Shown here: piece after piece, positions 49,642 to 60,097 of the stretch
Position numbering within the stretch: position 1 is the stretch's first letter
How the letters are laid out: each line of letters opens with the position of its first letter
Assembly: GCA_032718475.1 (NCBI GenBank)
Contig: JAUCBJ010004737.1
Location: 1-64,000, forward strand
Reading direction: 5' to 3'
Length of the DNA: 64,000 bases
From: Nemertoderma westbladi
Taxonomy: Eukaryota; Animalia; Xenacoelomorpha
Translations under genes and position numbers: made by a program
Notes under the pieces: generated by a model
Seen by the model: only the letters and a program-made list of their open reading frames with translations
Database searches by the model: none
What the model was told of the DNA's origin: nothing

Positions 49642-51269
49642 ACCACGGAGTCCCGGCCAGTCACCGGATATTGATTGTGGAGAAGGAGGAATTTCTTAGA
49701 TGCAGGATTGCGGTTAAGGAAAAGTTGCATTGGTTGGATATACTCTTTAATGTAACTTCATATAGTTTAACCCTGTTCAACATCATTGAACCCTGATTGA
49801 GAATTAATTGGGCTTCCCCAAATCAATATACACCAAATATTCACAATAATTATACACGACAAAATAAATCCCTACAGTATATTATTTAATTACCCACTGT
49901 TCGCTCAGATTTTAGCCTAACTAATGTTCCCCAGATTTTCCCTCGGTCCTAGTCTTGATGCCGTAGTGTCGGTGTCGGTCGACCCTGTCGCGTGTCCGTT
50001 CCACCCCTCCCGAACCCCGAAGGGATCGATCATCGAGAACCAGCACGGCTTGGCTAAGGGTCGGTCCAGTCGGTAGACTCTGTCGCGTATCCGTACCACC
50101 CCTCTCGAACCCCGAAGGGATCGGTCATCGAGAACCAGTACGGCTTGGCTAGGAGTCTGTCGTGTCGGTGGACCCGTTCGCGTGTCCGTCCCACCCCTCC
50201 CGAACCCCGAAGGGTTCGATCATCGAGAACCAGTACGGCTTGGCTAGGGGTCCGTCGGTTCATCGCAGAGACCCAACCACCTAGGCTTTCCGAGTCCTTA
50301 TTCAGGCTCGTAGTCGCTTCGGCAGCCGAGAAACTGCTCCGAACAGTCGGTAGGCCAGTAGAGTCCAGTCCTTTGTCTTTCGACCCCGTCGCGTGTCCGT
50401 CCCACCCCTCACGAACCCCGAAGGGAACGATCATCGAGAACCAGTACGGCTTGGCTAAGGGGTCTGTCGTCGGTTCCCGTCGCAAATCCCTGGTACAAGC
50501 AGCCGGCGTTCCGATGTCCTTTTCAGGCTCGTAATAACTGCTGTTGACCAGAGACTGCTAAGGGCAGTCCTCGTCAAACCCTTCCTCTGTAAGTCGGCCG
50601 CCCTTTCGCGTGTCCGTCCCACCCCTCGCGAACCCCGAAGGGATCGGTCATCGAGAACCAGTACGGCTTGGCTAAGGGGGCTGTCGTTTCCCGTCGCAAA
50701 TCCCTGACGCAAGCAGCCGGCGTTCCGATGTCCTTTTCAGGCTCGTAATAACTGCTGTTGGCCAGGGACCGCTAAGGGCAGTCCTTGTCCTTTAGGCCTG
50801 GCGCGTTACCAAATCCACCTCTACAGGCAGCAGGAAGTTGGCCAGGGCCTAATAGTACTCAGGCTAACCTGAATACTGCTTGAATTTTCCATCCCCCCCT
50901 GGCCCTTATAAACATGAAATGAGTCCCGTACCCTGTAAGTCGCCCCAAAGTTCGCCCATAAATCGCCCCCAGTTCATAGAATGTGCCCAAAACCCATGGT
51001 CCCGCACCCAGTAGTGATATCGGAATAATCATTTTTAATAAATACAAAAAATATTCAACTCGCGTTATGAAAAGTTGAAATACCGCGAACAGTCCCCCCC
51101 AATGACCTTCGTGAGGTCTATCGGTAGATTGAGTTTGCGTAGGTCATTCCCAATATAAAAAACCCAAATTTAATATTGCATAGTTTTGATTAATTTGGCC
51201 TAGAGTTTATATATATATATATGTATAAAAATAAATGTTCAATAAATGTTCCTGGAATATCCCGATCCA

Positions 51270-53870
51270 CTATTTCTTTCTCTGATACGCCTTTCGCCTC
51301 TTCGCCCGTCGGCTCTCGTCGATCGCTATAGCTGGTAGAGGAGCGTCAACATCCATCGTGAGCAACGCTTCGGCTTGTCTCCTGGCGGCTCTTCCTTTCG
51401 ATGGCATCGGGATCATATCGGTTCGTCGTTCCAACTCGGAGTTGCGAGCCTCTAGGAACCACTTTCCGTCACCGAACTCCTCTTTATACGAGTATAAGCG
51501 TCTAATGACTTCGAATGGGCTGAATAATCCGGCGCTCAGCAACAGATCCACGTAATGGAAAGGCAGCGTGGCCATCGTGTGGAGGCGTTCCGGGAAGGAG
51601 AAATACCCGCACACCATCTCCTGTGCGATATTCCGAGCGTTTCTCCGAACCTTGGTCTTTATGTGGCTGTTTGCGTATGTTTCAAACATGACCATATTTC
51701 CCATAGCGGTAACGTCTTTGGTAGGACATTTGATATAGCAGCGGGGGCTAGAGGAATGTCCACGGAAACCGCACGTGGTGCAGAGGTTATATAGGATCGG
51801 ACAGATGGAAACGTCGTGACCCGATGTCGCGCAGTATGGGCAATAGAGTATCCCGATGAGCTGGAGGCACGAATCGGTAACCCGATTCCTTCTACCGCGT
51901 GGGCACTGCTCCGAACCACAGTCACCGCACACCTCCAACTGCATCTCTCGACCGGGGAATATCGGAATCGGGACGCCGACGTAATACTCGAGTCGTCGGT
52001 CGCTCTTCTGAATATTCGCGGTGGTCGGTAGCCCGCAGAAGGCTGGGCTTTGGCGCAGTAGTTCTTCGTTCCGATAACCTTCTTTGTGTCCCGTCGGCCT
52101 CAACTCGGACGACCGTTTCTGGCGGTGGATCCATTCGGTTTGCTCAGCATACCAACGGGTTAGTCGCATAGGATCCTGAGGAACGGAGGGTGTGGTAGCC
52201 ACCGCTGGTCGGCGAAGAGGTGCCGGGGTTTTCGACGGAGGGATTCCGAGGAGATCGTCGGGAGTCGGCGCAGCGCTGGGGCCCTTCTCGACCAATATCG
52301 CTGAGCGGGTCCGTTGATTGCTGGTACTCGGAATCTCCGACGACCAGTCTTCGCCACCCGGGAAAGGATACGGGGATAACCTTTGGCACGTATCGCCGAA
52401 GTCGTTTAACGCGAAGGTAGTAACTAACTCCCTCGCAGGGCTACCGAAGCCGAGTGGTGAGGAAACGCCCGCTTCCGTCGCAGGTTCGGTGGAGGCAACT
52501 CGTTTGGCGGCCGGTTGGTAAGCGGCCTCCGGCTCGAGTTGTCGCTTCGGGGTGGAGAGTAGAACACCCTCATGTAGCCATAGTTCTTCCCCTTCCGAAG
52601 AGATCAGAGGCTCCTCCGCACCGAGAAGATCGGTAATCATAGGGATGTCGTAAGGTCCGCTCTCGTCCCAGGAATCGATAACGGCGAGCGTTTTCGTCTC
52701 TCCCGGTGTGATGTTCTCGACCGCTTTGAACGCGTGGTTTATAACCTCGTTCCAGTCGTAGTCGATGAAGGAAAGAGGAACCGCCGTAATGAGGTTATCG
52801 AGAGTTTTACAGATAAACTTAGCGACGGTATAGCACTCCATAACGACGTAGATGTAGTTCCGTCGATCGGGATTCTCCCACCTATGGTGTATCGTCCACT
52901 TCCGGTCAACGTCCTTCCATCGACCCTCCCGCTCGCTCTTTATTTCTAATCCCGGGTATCCACCATATATTTTATTATAATCCCGAAATTTCTGGGGTTT
53001 GAAGTCGATGCCGCCGTTTAGCACAGCGAGGTAGCCGATCCCGGATTTCGTCGGTCTCACCTCTTGGAATCCTCGCATGAACTCGGCGAATCGTAACCAG
53101 GCTAATAGCGTTTGAGGGTCGACGCAATGGCTAAGGGCATTGAGGTCGTCTCGTCGGTTTCTTCCTGAAGGAGCGTTCGCGTAGTCGTTCCGGACGTCCG
53201 CCTTTATATCCGACCCGATTTTAATGACGTCGAAGTCGAAGAGGATCTTTTGGATTTCCGGCGGTAGCAACCAGATCGCTCCGGCTGCCTGCACTTCCTG
53301 TCTGGGTGTCGGAAATATTCGACACACCAATACCAAACCGTCCAGGGTTCCGAGGACGACGACCAAGGATCGACCGTATTCTTTCGCACCGTATTTTTCT
53401 TGGTAGTCGTCGCGATTCTGGATGGTCGATATACGTTCCTCTCGTAGCGTCGCCGTACACTCCGACAGGTTTCCCCAGTGGGCGAGGTACGTACTCTTGT
53501 CGTTGACGAAACTTTGACATCTCGCCAACGTAATCGCTTTCGAGGTAGGCGTCGCGTTTCCCTCGTTGTCGTAGATCAAACATCAGGATCTGTAGACGCT
53601 TTGCCGGAACGTTTCCCAATACGACAACTCATCCCCTCCGGTAGCCTTTGCATTCCGAGTTCTTTTCAGTCTCGTACTAGCATCGGCTAACCGGAGGGCT
53701 CGTAGATTCTTGGAATCCGGTCCCTCTCGCCCAGTGAATTTAACGACTCGCACGTTCTCATTTAGCAGGGTGCTCCAATTTGTATCAAAGTCAGGGGATC
53801 CAGGTTGTGGATATTCCAGTAGATCTATCGTATTACGTAATTCGCCGATAATTTGGCGATTTGGGTCCAT
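51270..53870 (-). CDS. Extra ORF of the BEL element: DEDD/DnaQ-like 3'-5' exonuclease (WRN/EXD/MUT-7-like) plus CCHC zinc knuckles, one in-frame TGA at 53583-53585
   Basis: ExoI-like LIYDNEG; LPPEIQKILFDFDVIKIGSDIKAD (ExoII-like); CVDPQTL; W..P....YVVMECY (ExoIII-like); then CGDC..., CPYCATSGHDVSIC and CTTCGFRGH. ORFs 53583-53870 and 51270-53579 are in the same frame. Confidence 0.65.
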
Positions 53871-54409
53871 ATTTAAATTATGTCCGTTGCAAAATTATAT
53901 CAGTTAATTATAAGTCCAGAAAGTCTAAAACTATAGTGATTGCAGAATAATTCAGTTTTATTTTTAGTTCAGTTTATTAATAACATTGCTATATAGGCAT
54001 CTATCATCTTATTGCTAATACATTCAGCTTTTACAGTTACTATAACTATACATTAATATCCAACCAGTTTTTATGACTTTTTATGTCCTTTTCTTTTTTC
54101 CAATTCTTTTCTTTAGACATTTTATACTTTTTTTTGTCTTTTTTCATTTCTCATTATTATTTCATCACATTTCATTTATTTCAACATATTTCAATGCATT
54201 TATTTCCACCATTTATTTCACATTTCCACATCATCATTGGGGTTATAGCCCCCCGGCTATCATCATTTGTTATAAGCGCAGCACCAGGGTGTGCATCATT
54301 TCATTTTCATCATCATACGCGTCATCATTCGGTTTATAGTAGGGTTGTCTGATTCTTTTCATCATTTCCAACTACATTCAATCATCTTCTTTGAGAAATC
54401 TTTGTCGTG

Positions 54410-54835
54410 GAAGGGGTGTTACGCAGCAATCTGGGATCTACAGCTGGGCTAGTTACACCGCCTACGCCCCAAACTGCACACGTAACGGACAATGAAGACG
54501 CTGGAAGTGAAGTCACGTGGATGCACCAGGGACCCACCAGAATAACACTCCCAACAACATAAAGCTCAGCCGACGAAGTCATGTGGGATAGGGTTACGCA
54601 ACATTCTGGGATCTACAGCTGGACTAGTTATACCGCCTACGCCCCAAAATCCACGCAACGGTCCCACCAGAATAACGCGACTGAGAAACATAAAACCCTC
54701 TATTGTCGAAGTCATGTGGATGCACCATGGACCCACCAGAATAACGGGATAGAGGGGGTGTTGCGCGGCAATCCGGGATCTACAGCTGGACTAGTTACAC
54801 CGCCTACGCCCCGAACTGCGCACGCAACGGACAAC
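54410..54835. repeat. Three imperfect copies of a ~60-bp GC-rich unit plus a second repeated motif between pol and the extra ORF
   Basis: gttacgc..caat.cgggatctacagctgg.ctagtta.accgcctacgcccc occurs at ~54415, ~54592 and ~54757. gaagtca.gtggatgcacca.ggacccaccagaataac is repeated twice, plus partial copies. Confidence 0.85.
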
Positions 54836-55106
54836 ATAACATACTACAATGGATACAATGAATTCCACTTCAAATCTTTACCATTTCCAATAATCCAATG
54901 TCGTTGGTCCCAATGACCAAATTCAGGGTAAACAATACATAAATGACCCTGCGTCAGTCGAAACATCTGCAGGGTGACACTGGACTCCACATAACACACG
55001 AGGAAACACAAATACCATTGCGTGGTTACAGTTGGTTTAAGGGGGGTCCATTTTCATTGTCGATAAATCACAGTTTAAAAAAGTTTGTCAACAGGAGGAG
55101 AAGGGT

Positions 55107-58100
55107 TTACACGGGTTTAGCATTGTCACCAATGTCTGCAGCAGGATCTTGAGTAGGGAACTTATCACCTCTCGTAGAGTCACCACTGTCATTGCCTTCA
55201 AGAAGGCACAGCCTCTGGATAGGGCGTTGGTAGTGGCCCTTTGCCGTTCGTATCGTCACAGTCCTCGCAAGTCTGTCTTTGCTCGGTTGTATTGCCACGA
55301 CTCGCGCCACAGGCCAGTGGACGCGGTCTTTAAGGTCTTCTTTTACTAGTACCATGTCGCCAACTTCGACATTCCTGTAGGTGTGGTTCCACTTCCTCCT
55401 GGTCCGGAGGGTTATGAGGTACTCCTGGGCCCAGATTCTCCACCAATGCGCTGCCAACGCTTGGGCCTTCTTCCAGTTTGTATGTCTCGCGATATCATTG
55501 GGATCCGGAAACATTGTCTCTGGGAGAACATGAGTTTTGGGTCTCCCCGGTAGGTGGTTAGGAGTGAGGGACTCAACCGAGGCGTTCGCCATCCGGGTAT
55601 TACGGCAGATTAGTCCATACTCTCCCATTAATGGTGACAATGTTATCCACGTCATTATTATCATCAAAAACATTACTAGCCACCAAAGCATGGGCGAGCA
55701 CCAATGTCCGTCTTTGAAGTTGGCCTGGTCAAGGACGTCCATACAATATTGATCCTCCTCGGACGGGTTTTCGTCCTTTTCAGCGAACTCTTGGGTCTCT
55801 AGATTAAAATATTTAGTCATCTCTTGCTGGGTTTTTTCGGTCTCAAGAAATAAATCCTCATCGAGGCCTGTAGCTGAGCAATAACCTACGGTTGTTACAT
55901 TTTCTTTAATCTGACATTTAGGAAGGTATGTATAGGTGTCGGTAGTCTCTTCCTTGATGCCGCAGAGTGTCCATCCCATTATTGTTCGTTCAGCGTAAAA
56001 GCCGTCATCCTGCTTTATAGATCGGGCGACGTCTCCGGTGGGTATGTGTAGTTCCGGTGTATCAAGTCCGATCAGTAGGGTGATGCGGTTTACATCCAAC
56101 GGCGGGCACCTTAGATCCACGTCGTCTCGGTCCAGCTGTATGAGGGGGGCGTACTCGGCTGATTGTCGGAACCGCACACGGAGGTCTGTGTGTACTAAGG
56201 CGTTCTTGATGGTCAGCTTAACCGTCTCGTAGCCCTTCATTACCCCTTCCATCTGGAGTTGCACCTCCCCGGATTCTACCTCTCTGTGGTCGGTGATAGT
56301 TTGTATGGGCTGTTTACAAGGTTCATAGTCTAGGCCGAGTTGCTCGAGGAAATCCCGGTCGATAATGGTTCCGTCCGACCCGTTATCAAGGAACGCGAGC
56401 GTCGTCAGGGATTTGCTGACTCCTTCAATCCTTACTGGGATTACCTTTGCGAAGACCATGTAACGGCGATTTATGAGGTTAATCGTGGCTGAGATGTTTG
56501 TCACTTGTGATGCATTAGAGGAGGTTTTGAACGGGTTGGTTTCTCTCCGTTGGGTTGTCCGGGTTCCTTTAAAAATGTGGTTTGTTTCTCCTCTTTGCTT
56601 GGCTTTGATCCGAAAGGGGAGGGTAGTGAAATCGAAGTTCGCGGGGATGTGGAGGAGCGTGTGATGACGTAGGTCGTTACAGACCGCACAGCACGATCTT
56701 TGGTCGCAATCCCGAACATAATGACCTGTTCCAAGACACTGGAAGCATCCTCGGTGTTTCATTATCGCCTCGAAGCGTGGGACGAGTTTGGCGAACTGAA
56801 ACTTCCTGCAGAATTCCACTTTATGTTTCTCTCCACAGAAGAGACAGAGGAGGGAGTTTGTGATGCCTTCCCTCTCGGGTGCCCAATTCGCAAGGTAACA
56901 CGCCCATTCCTCGGCTGATGTCGGTTCCTCGTAGTCTTCGTCGTTGGAATCCTCGGCCATGGTGGTGGCCATCGTACTCACTGGAGGAGGGCGGAATCTC
57001 GGTTTCTGAGTGGGTGTCTTACTCCTGGAGTTGTTCTCTATTCCGTCCAACTTGGCGAGACTCTGTTTCGAGAACATCGAGTCATTCATGGCTTCGGAGA
57101 TATCGTCCAGGAATGCCGACATTTCGAGGAGGCTGGGGTCTCGATCTGGGTGTCTGCGCCGGAGATCTACGCATTTATACGCCCACTTACTTTGTAGCCA
57201 TCCGGGGAATTTCCGGGCGACCTGTCGGAGGTTTAGAATGTTGTTCACTTGTTCCTCCTTATTTAATGGTTTCAGAGTGTAGTAGGCATCCTTCATCGAG
57301 TCCGAGAAATCTTGAATATTCTGTGGGTCCCCTAGGGATCCCGCATCCTGGATCAGTTTCTCGAGAGTTTTATTAATTATAGTCCCGATATTTCCGTATC
57401 TTTTATCTAGAGTCTTCCATGCGTCATAGTATGCTTCATGAGCTCCTCCTTCAAAGCATGCGATAATTCGGCATGGTTTGTCACCCAGGTATTGTGATAA
57501 ATATACCAGCTTCTGTGCGTCGGCTATGTCCGTTGATCCAATCTGCGCAAAGAACCATTTCTTGAATCTGAGGTAATCGACGGGGTCTCCTTCGAAGGTG
57601 CGGATCTCCATCTTGGGCATGGAGAGGCGGTTTTCCAATGCCCGGATAATGCCGACGTCGTCCGAACTGGAGTGGTTTGGAGGGTTATAGTTATTAGCGC
57701 TCTCTCCCATACTCGATGGATCAATGATAGGTGGAGTCTTAATGATGACGCGACTACGGGTTTGTGGTGTGGATGTAAACGGGTTGTTGGATCGAGGAGT
57801 GGCGTCCCGTTCCGAGTCCCTTTCAGGCTCGTACTTGGGTACACTCGTTGCTGTGGGGTTGGATGGGAAATACGGTTCCTCATTTTTAAGTGTAACCGGC
57901 GGGGGATGGAACACCGGTGCTTGTGCCGATAACGTAGACTGTATGGTAGGCGGGAACTCGGGTTTCGGGGGTTTCACCGCCGGTGTCGTTAATGACTTCT
58001 CTAATTCCGGTACCGGGATTGGTTCATATTCCTGATCTATATCCCTTTCCCAGTCCTCGTATAGTTGAATATCTCGTTCTATAAGTGTGGCTTCGTATTC

Positions 58101-59144
58101 CGCGAGTTTCGCAATATCCGCATTCTTTTTGTGGGTGAGAATCGCTTGGGCCTCGGCGTGTTGTTTACGCATTTCTGCTTCTCATTTACGTTGTTCGATC
58201 TCTTGTCTGGCCTCTCGTTCATGTTGTTCAGCTTCCTGTTTGGCCTCTCGTTCACGTTGTTCAGCTTCCTGTTTGGCCTCTTGTTCACGTTGTTCAGCTT
58301 CCTGTTTGGCCTCTCGTTCACCTCGTTCAGCTTCCTGTTTGGCCTCTCGTTCATGTTGTTTGGCCTCTCGTTCACGTCGTTCAGCCTCCTGTCTATGTTG
58401 TTCGGCCCGTTGTTCAGCCTCCTGTCTATGTTGTTCGGCCCGTTGTTCAGCCTCCTGTCTATGTTGTTCGGCCCGTCGTTCGACCTCTTGTTCGGCCTCC
58501 CGTTTTTGCATTTCGGCAGCTAATATATCTTGCTCGGTTCGCAGTTGAACGTACTCATCTTCCATCCGAGCTTTGAGGGCTAATGCCTTCTGTTCTCGTA
58601 GCTGGTCTCGGAGTGGCTGACCCCCTTGAGAGCTGTGTGCTGAACCGGACACCATGCTCCTAGCGCTGGAGTGCTGATTTCTAGAGGATCCCGTTCTCTT
58701 TCGATGTACTGCTGTCCTGGTGCTGGAGGTTCGCACCGATTCTGCGTCTGTTCTTTCAGCTCTCTTGTAGTACTGTTCTTCGTAGCCTCTCACGAGGCTG
58801 AGGGTCCTCCAGTGTTGTTTGCGGAATTCATCTAGGCGTGCAACGTGTTCTTCCAATTTGGGGTAATTTACCTGGTCGGTGGCGGGGATGAGTTCTTGGT
58901 ACGCCTGTATCATTCTCTCATATCGTTGTAAGATACTTCGGATACTCTGAAGCTGAGTTTGTATCTCGTTGAGGGGGGTTTTGACTCCCTTGAGTTGTTT
59001 CTCTATACATTGATACGCTGGAGTGACTCCGCCTTTGAGAGCACCTAATCGACGAGCCATGTTCTTGATGTTCGGTACCTCGTCGGTTTCCGAGTCTGTG
59101 TGGTGATCCATCTCATCGGTATCGGATACATTATTTGTCGTCAT
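55107..59144 (-). CDS. BEL/Pao gag-protease-integrase C-terminus polyprotein (RT, RNase H and IN core missing; in-frame TGA at 58182-58184)
   Basis: Gag MPKMEIRTFEGDPVDYLRF; knuckles CLFCGEKHKVEFC, CFQCLGTGHYVRDC and CAVCNDLRHHTLLH; protease AFLDNGSDGT; BEL IN C-terminus LTPNHL...WWRIWAQEYL...VGDMVLVKE...WPVARV...RPIQRLCLL. ORFs 58182-59144 and 55107-58172 share a frame. Confidence 0.88.
58190..58500 (-). repeat. ~33-bp coding tandem repeats (coiled-coil EQREREAKQEA / EQHRQEAEQRA) in gag
   Basis: The repeat is visible in both the nucleotide and peptide sequence. Confidence 0.85.
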
Positions 59145-60097
59145 TGTAGCGCCTCGTCGATAGCTAGATATGCGATGTCGTAAAATAGTTCCTCGTAGGT
59201 ATTGTACTCAGCCTGGACCACCCGAACGGTAATCCTGAATCATCCGACGTTCGTTCCTTGTACTTAAACCTCGACGTGCCAGATTCCTGGCTCAACTTGG
59301 ATTATATCAATGGGTGTGATCGATACTTCCATTCCCTGTTAACAACTCTCCAAATATGTGACCTGTCGACTACGAGTTGGTTAGATCGAGTTTGTTGATT
59401 AATTAAACCACGACTTAGTCTTAACTCAAATACCAGAGTTTCCTCGTAGTGGGTGCTGGCAAGCACGTAGAGAGTTTTGAAGAGTATTGTAGGATTCTCA
59501 ACTTCCACCAGTTGAAGTTGGCCGCGTTTTATTCTCAATTTTGACACCCTGTCAAAATTGACCGTATTAATTCTCAATTTTGACACCCTGTCAAAATTGA
59601 CCACTTTAATTCTCAATTTTGTTGCCGTTATCCCGACACCAGGGGGGAAAAACGCCGATGCTGGAGGCGGGGCTTTACAGACCACGGAGTCCCGGCCAGT
59701 CACCGGATATTGATTGTGGAGAAGGAGGAATTTCTTAGATGCAGGATTGCGGTTAAGGAAAAGTTGCATTGGTTGGATATACTCTTTAATGTAACTTCCT
59801 ATAGTTGAACCCTGTTTAACATCATTGAACCCTGATTGAGAATTAATTGGGCTTCCCCAAATCAATATACACCAAATATTCACAATAATTATACACGACA
59901 AAATAAATCCCTACAGTATATTATTTAATTACCCACTGTTCGCTCAGATTTTAGCCTAACTAATGTTCCCCAGATTTTCCCTCGGTCCTAGTCTTGGTGC
60001 CGTAGTGTCGGTGTCGGTCGACCCTGTCGCGTGTCCGTTCCACCCCTCCCGAACCCCGAAGGGATCGATCATCGAGAACCAGCACGGCTTGGCTAAG

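Larger units (their letters stand above)
49642..60097 (-). mobile_element. BEL/Pao LTR retrotransposon, RT/RNase H-deleted, with an additional 3' ORF
   Basis: 417-bp direct repeats at 49642-50058 and 59681-60097 (4 mismatches seen). The PPT gggggggac is followed by TGTTCGC, which places the 3' LTR start at 51091. The 5' LTR is interrupted at 60097 by a Gypsy insertion. BEL-type gag/PR/IN-C-terminal motifs are present. The exact U5 end and PBS are unresolved. Confidence 0.87.

Noticed and set aside
50054-50712. ORFs of 85-143 aa within the BEL LTR
   Set aside because: They are GC-rich repeat-derived frames on both strands with no recognisable domain.
49975-50800. Regularly recurring repeats with variable intervening sequence, superficially CRISPR-like
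   Set aside because: The context is a eukaryotic LTR, the units are ~70 bp, the intervening segments are irregular and partly duplicated, and no cas genes are present.
49898-51091. Alternative BEL LTR definition with perfect TGTTCGC…GCGAACA ends
   Set aside because: LTR-to-LTR identity extends 256 bp beyond 49898 and no tRNA-like PBS follows, so this boundary is not adopted and the U5 end remains unresolved.
58065-58548. Cys-rich and Phe/Leu-rich repetitive ORFs on the plus strand
   Set aside because: They are antisense shadows of the gag coiled-coil repeat.
59302-59901. 199-aa ORF with a hydrophobic N-terminus overlapping the 5' LTR/leader
   Set aside because: It has a non-ATG start, spans LTR sequence and a short 39-bp tandem repeat, and shows no domain similarity by eye.
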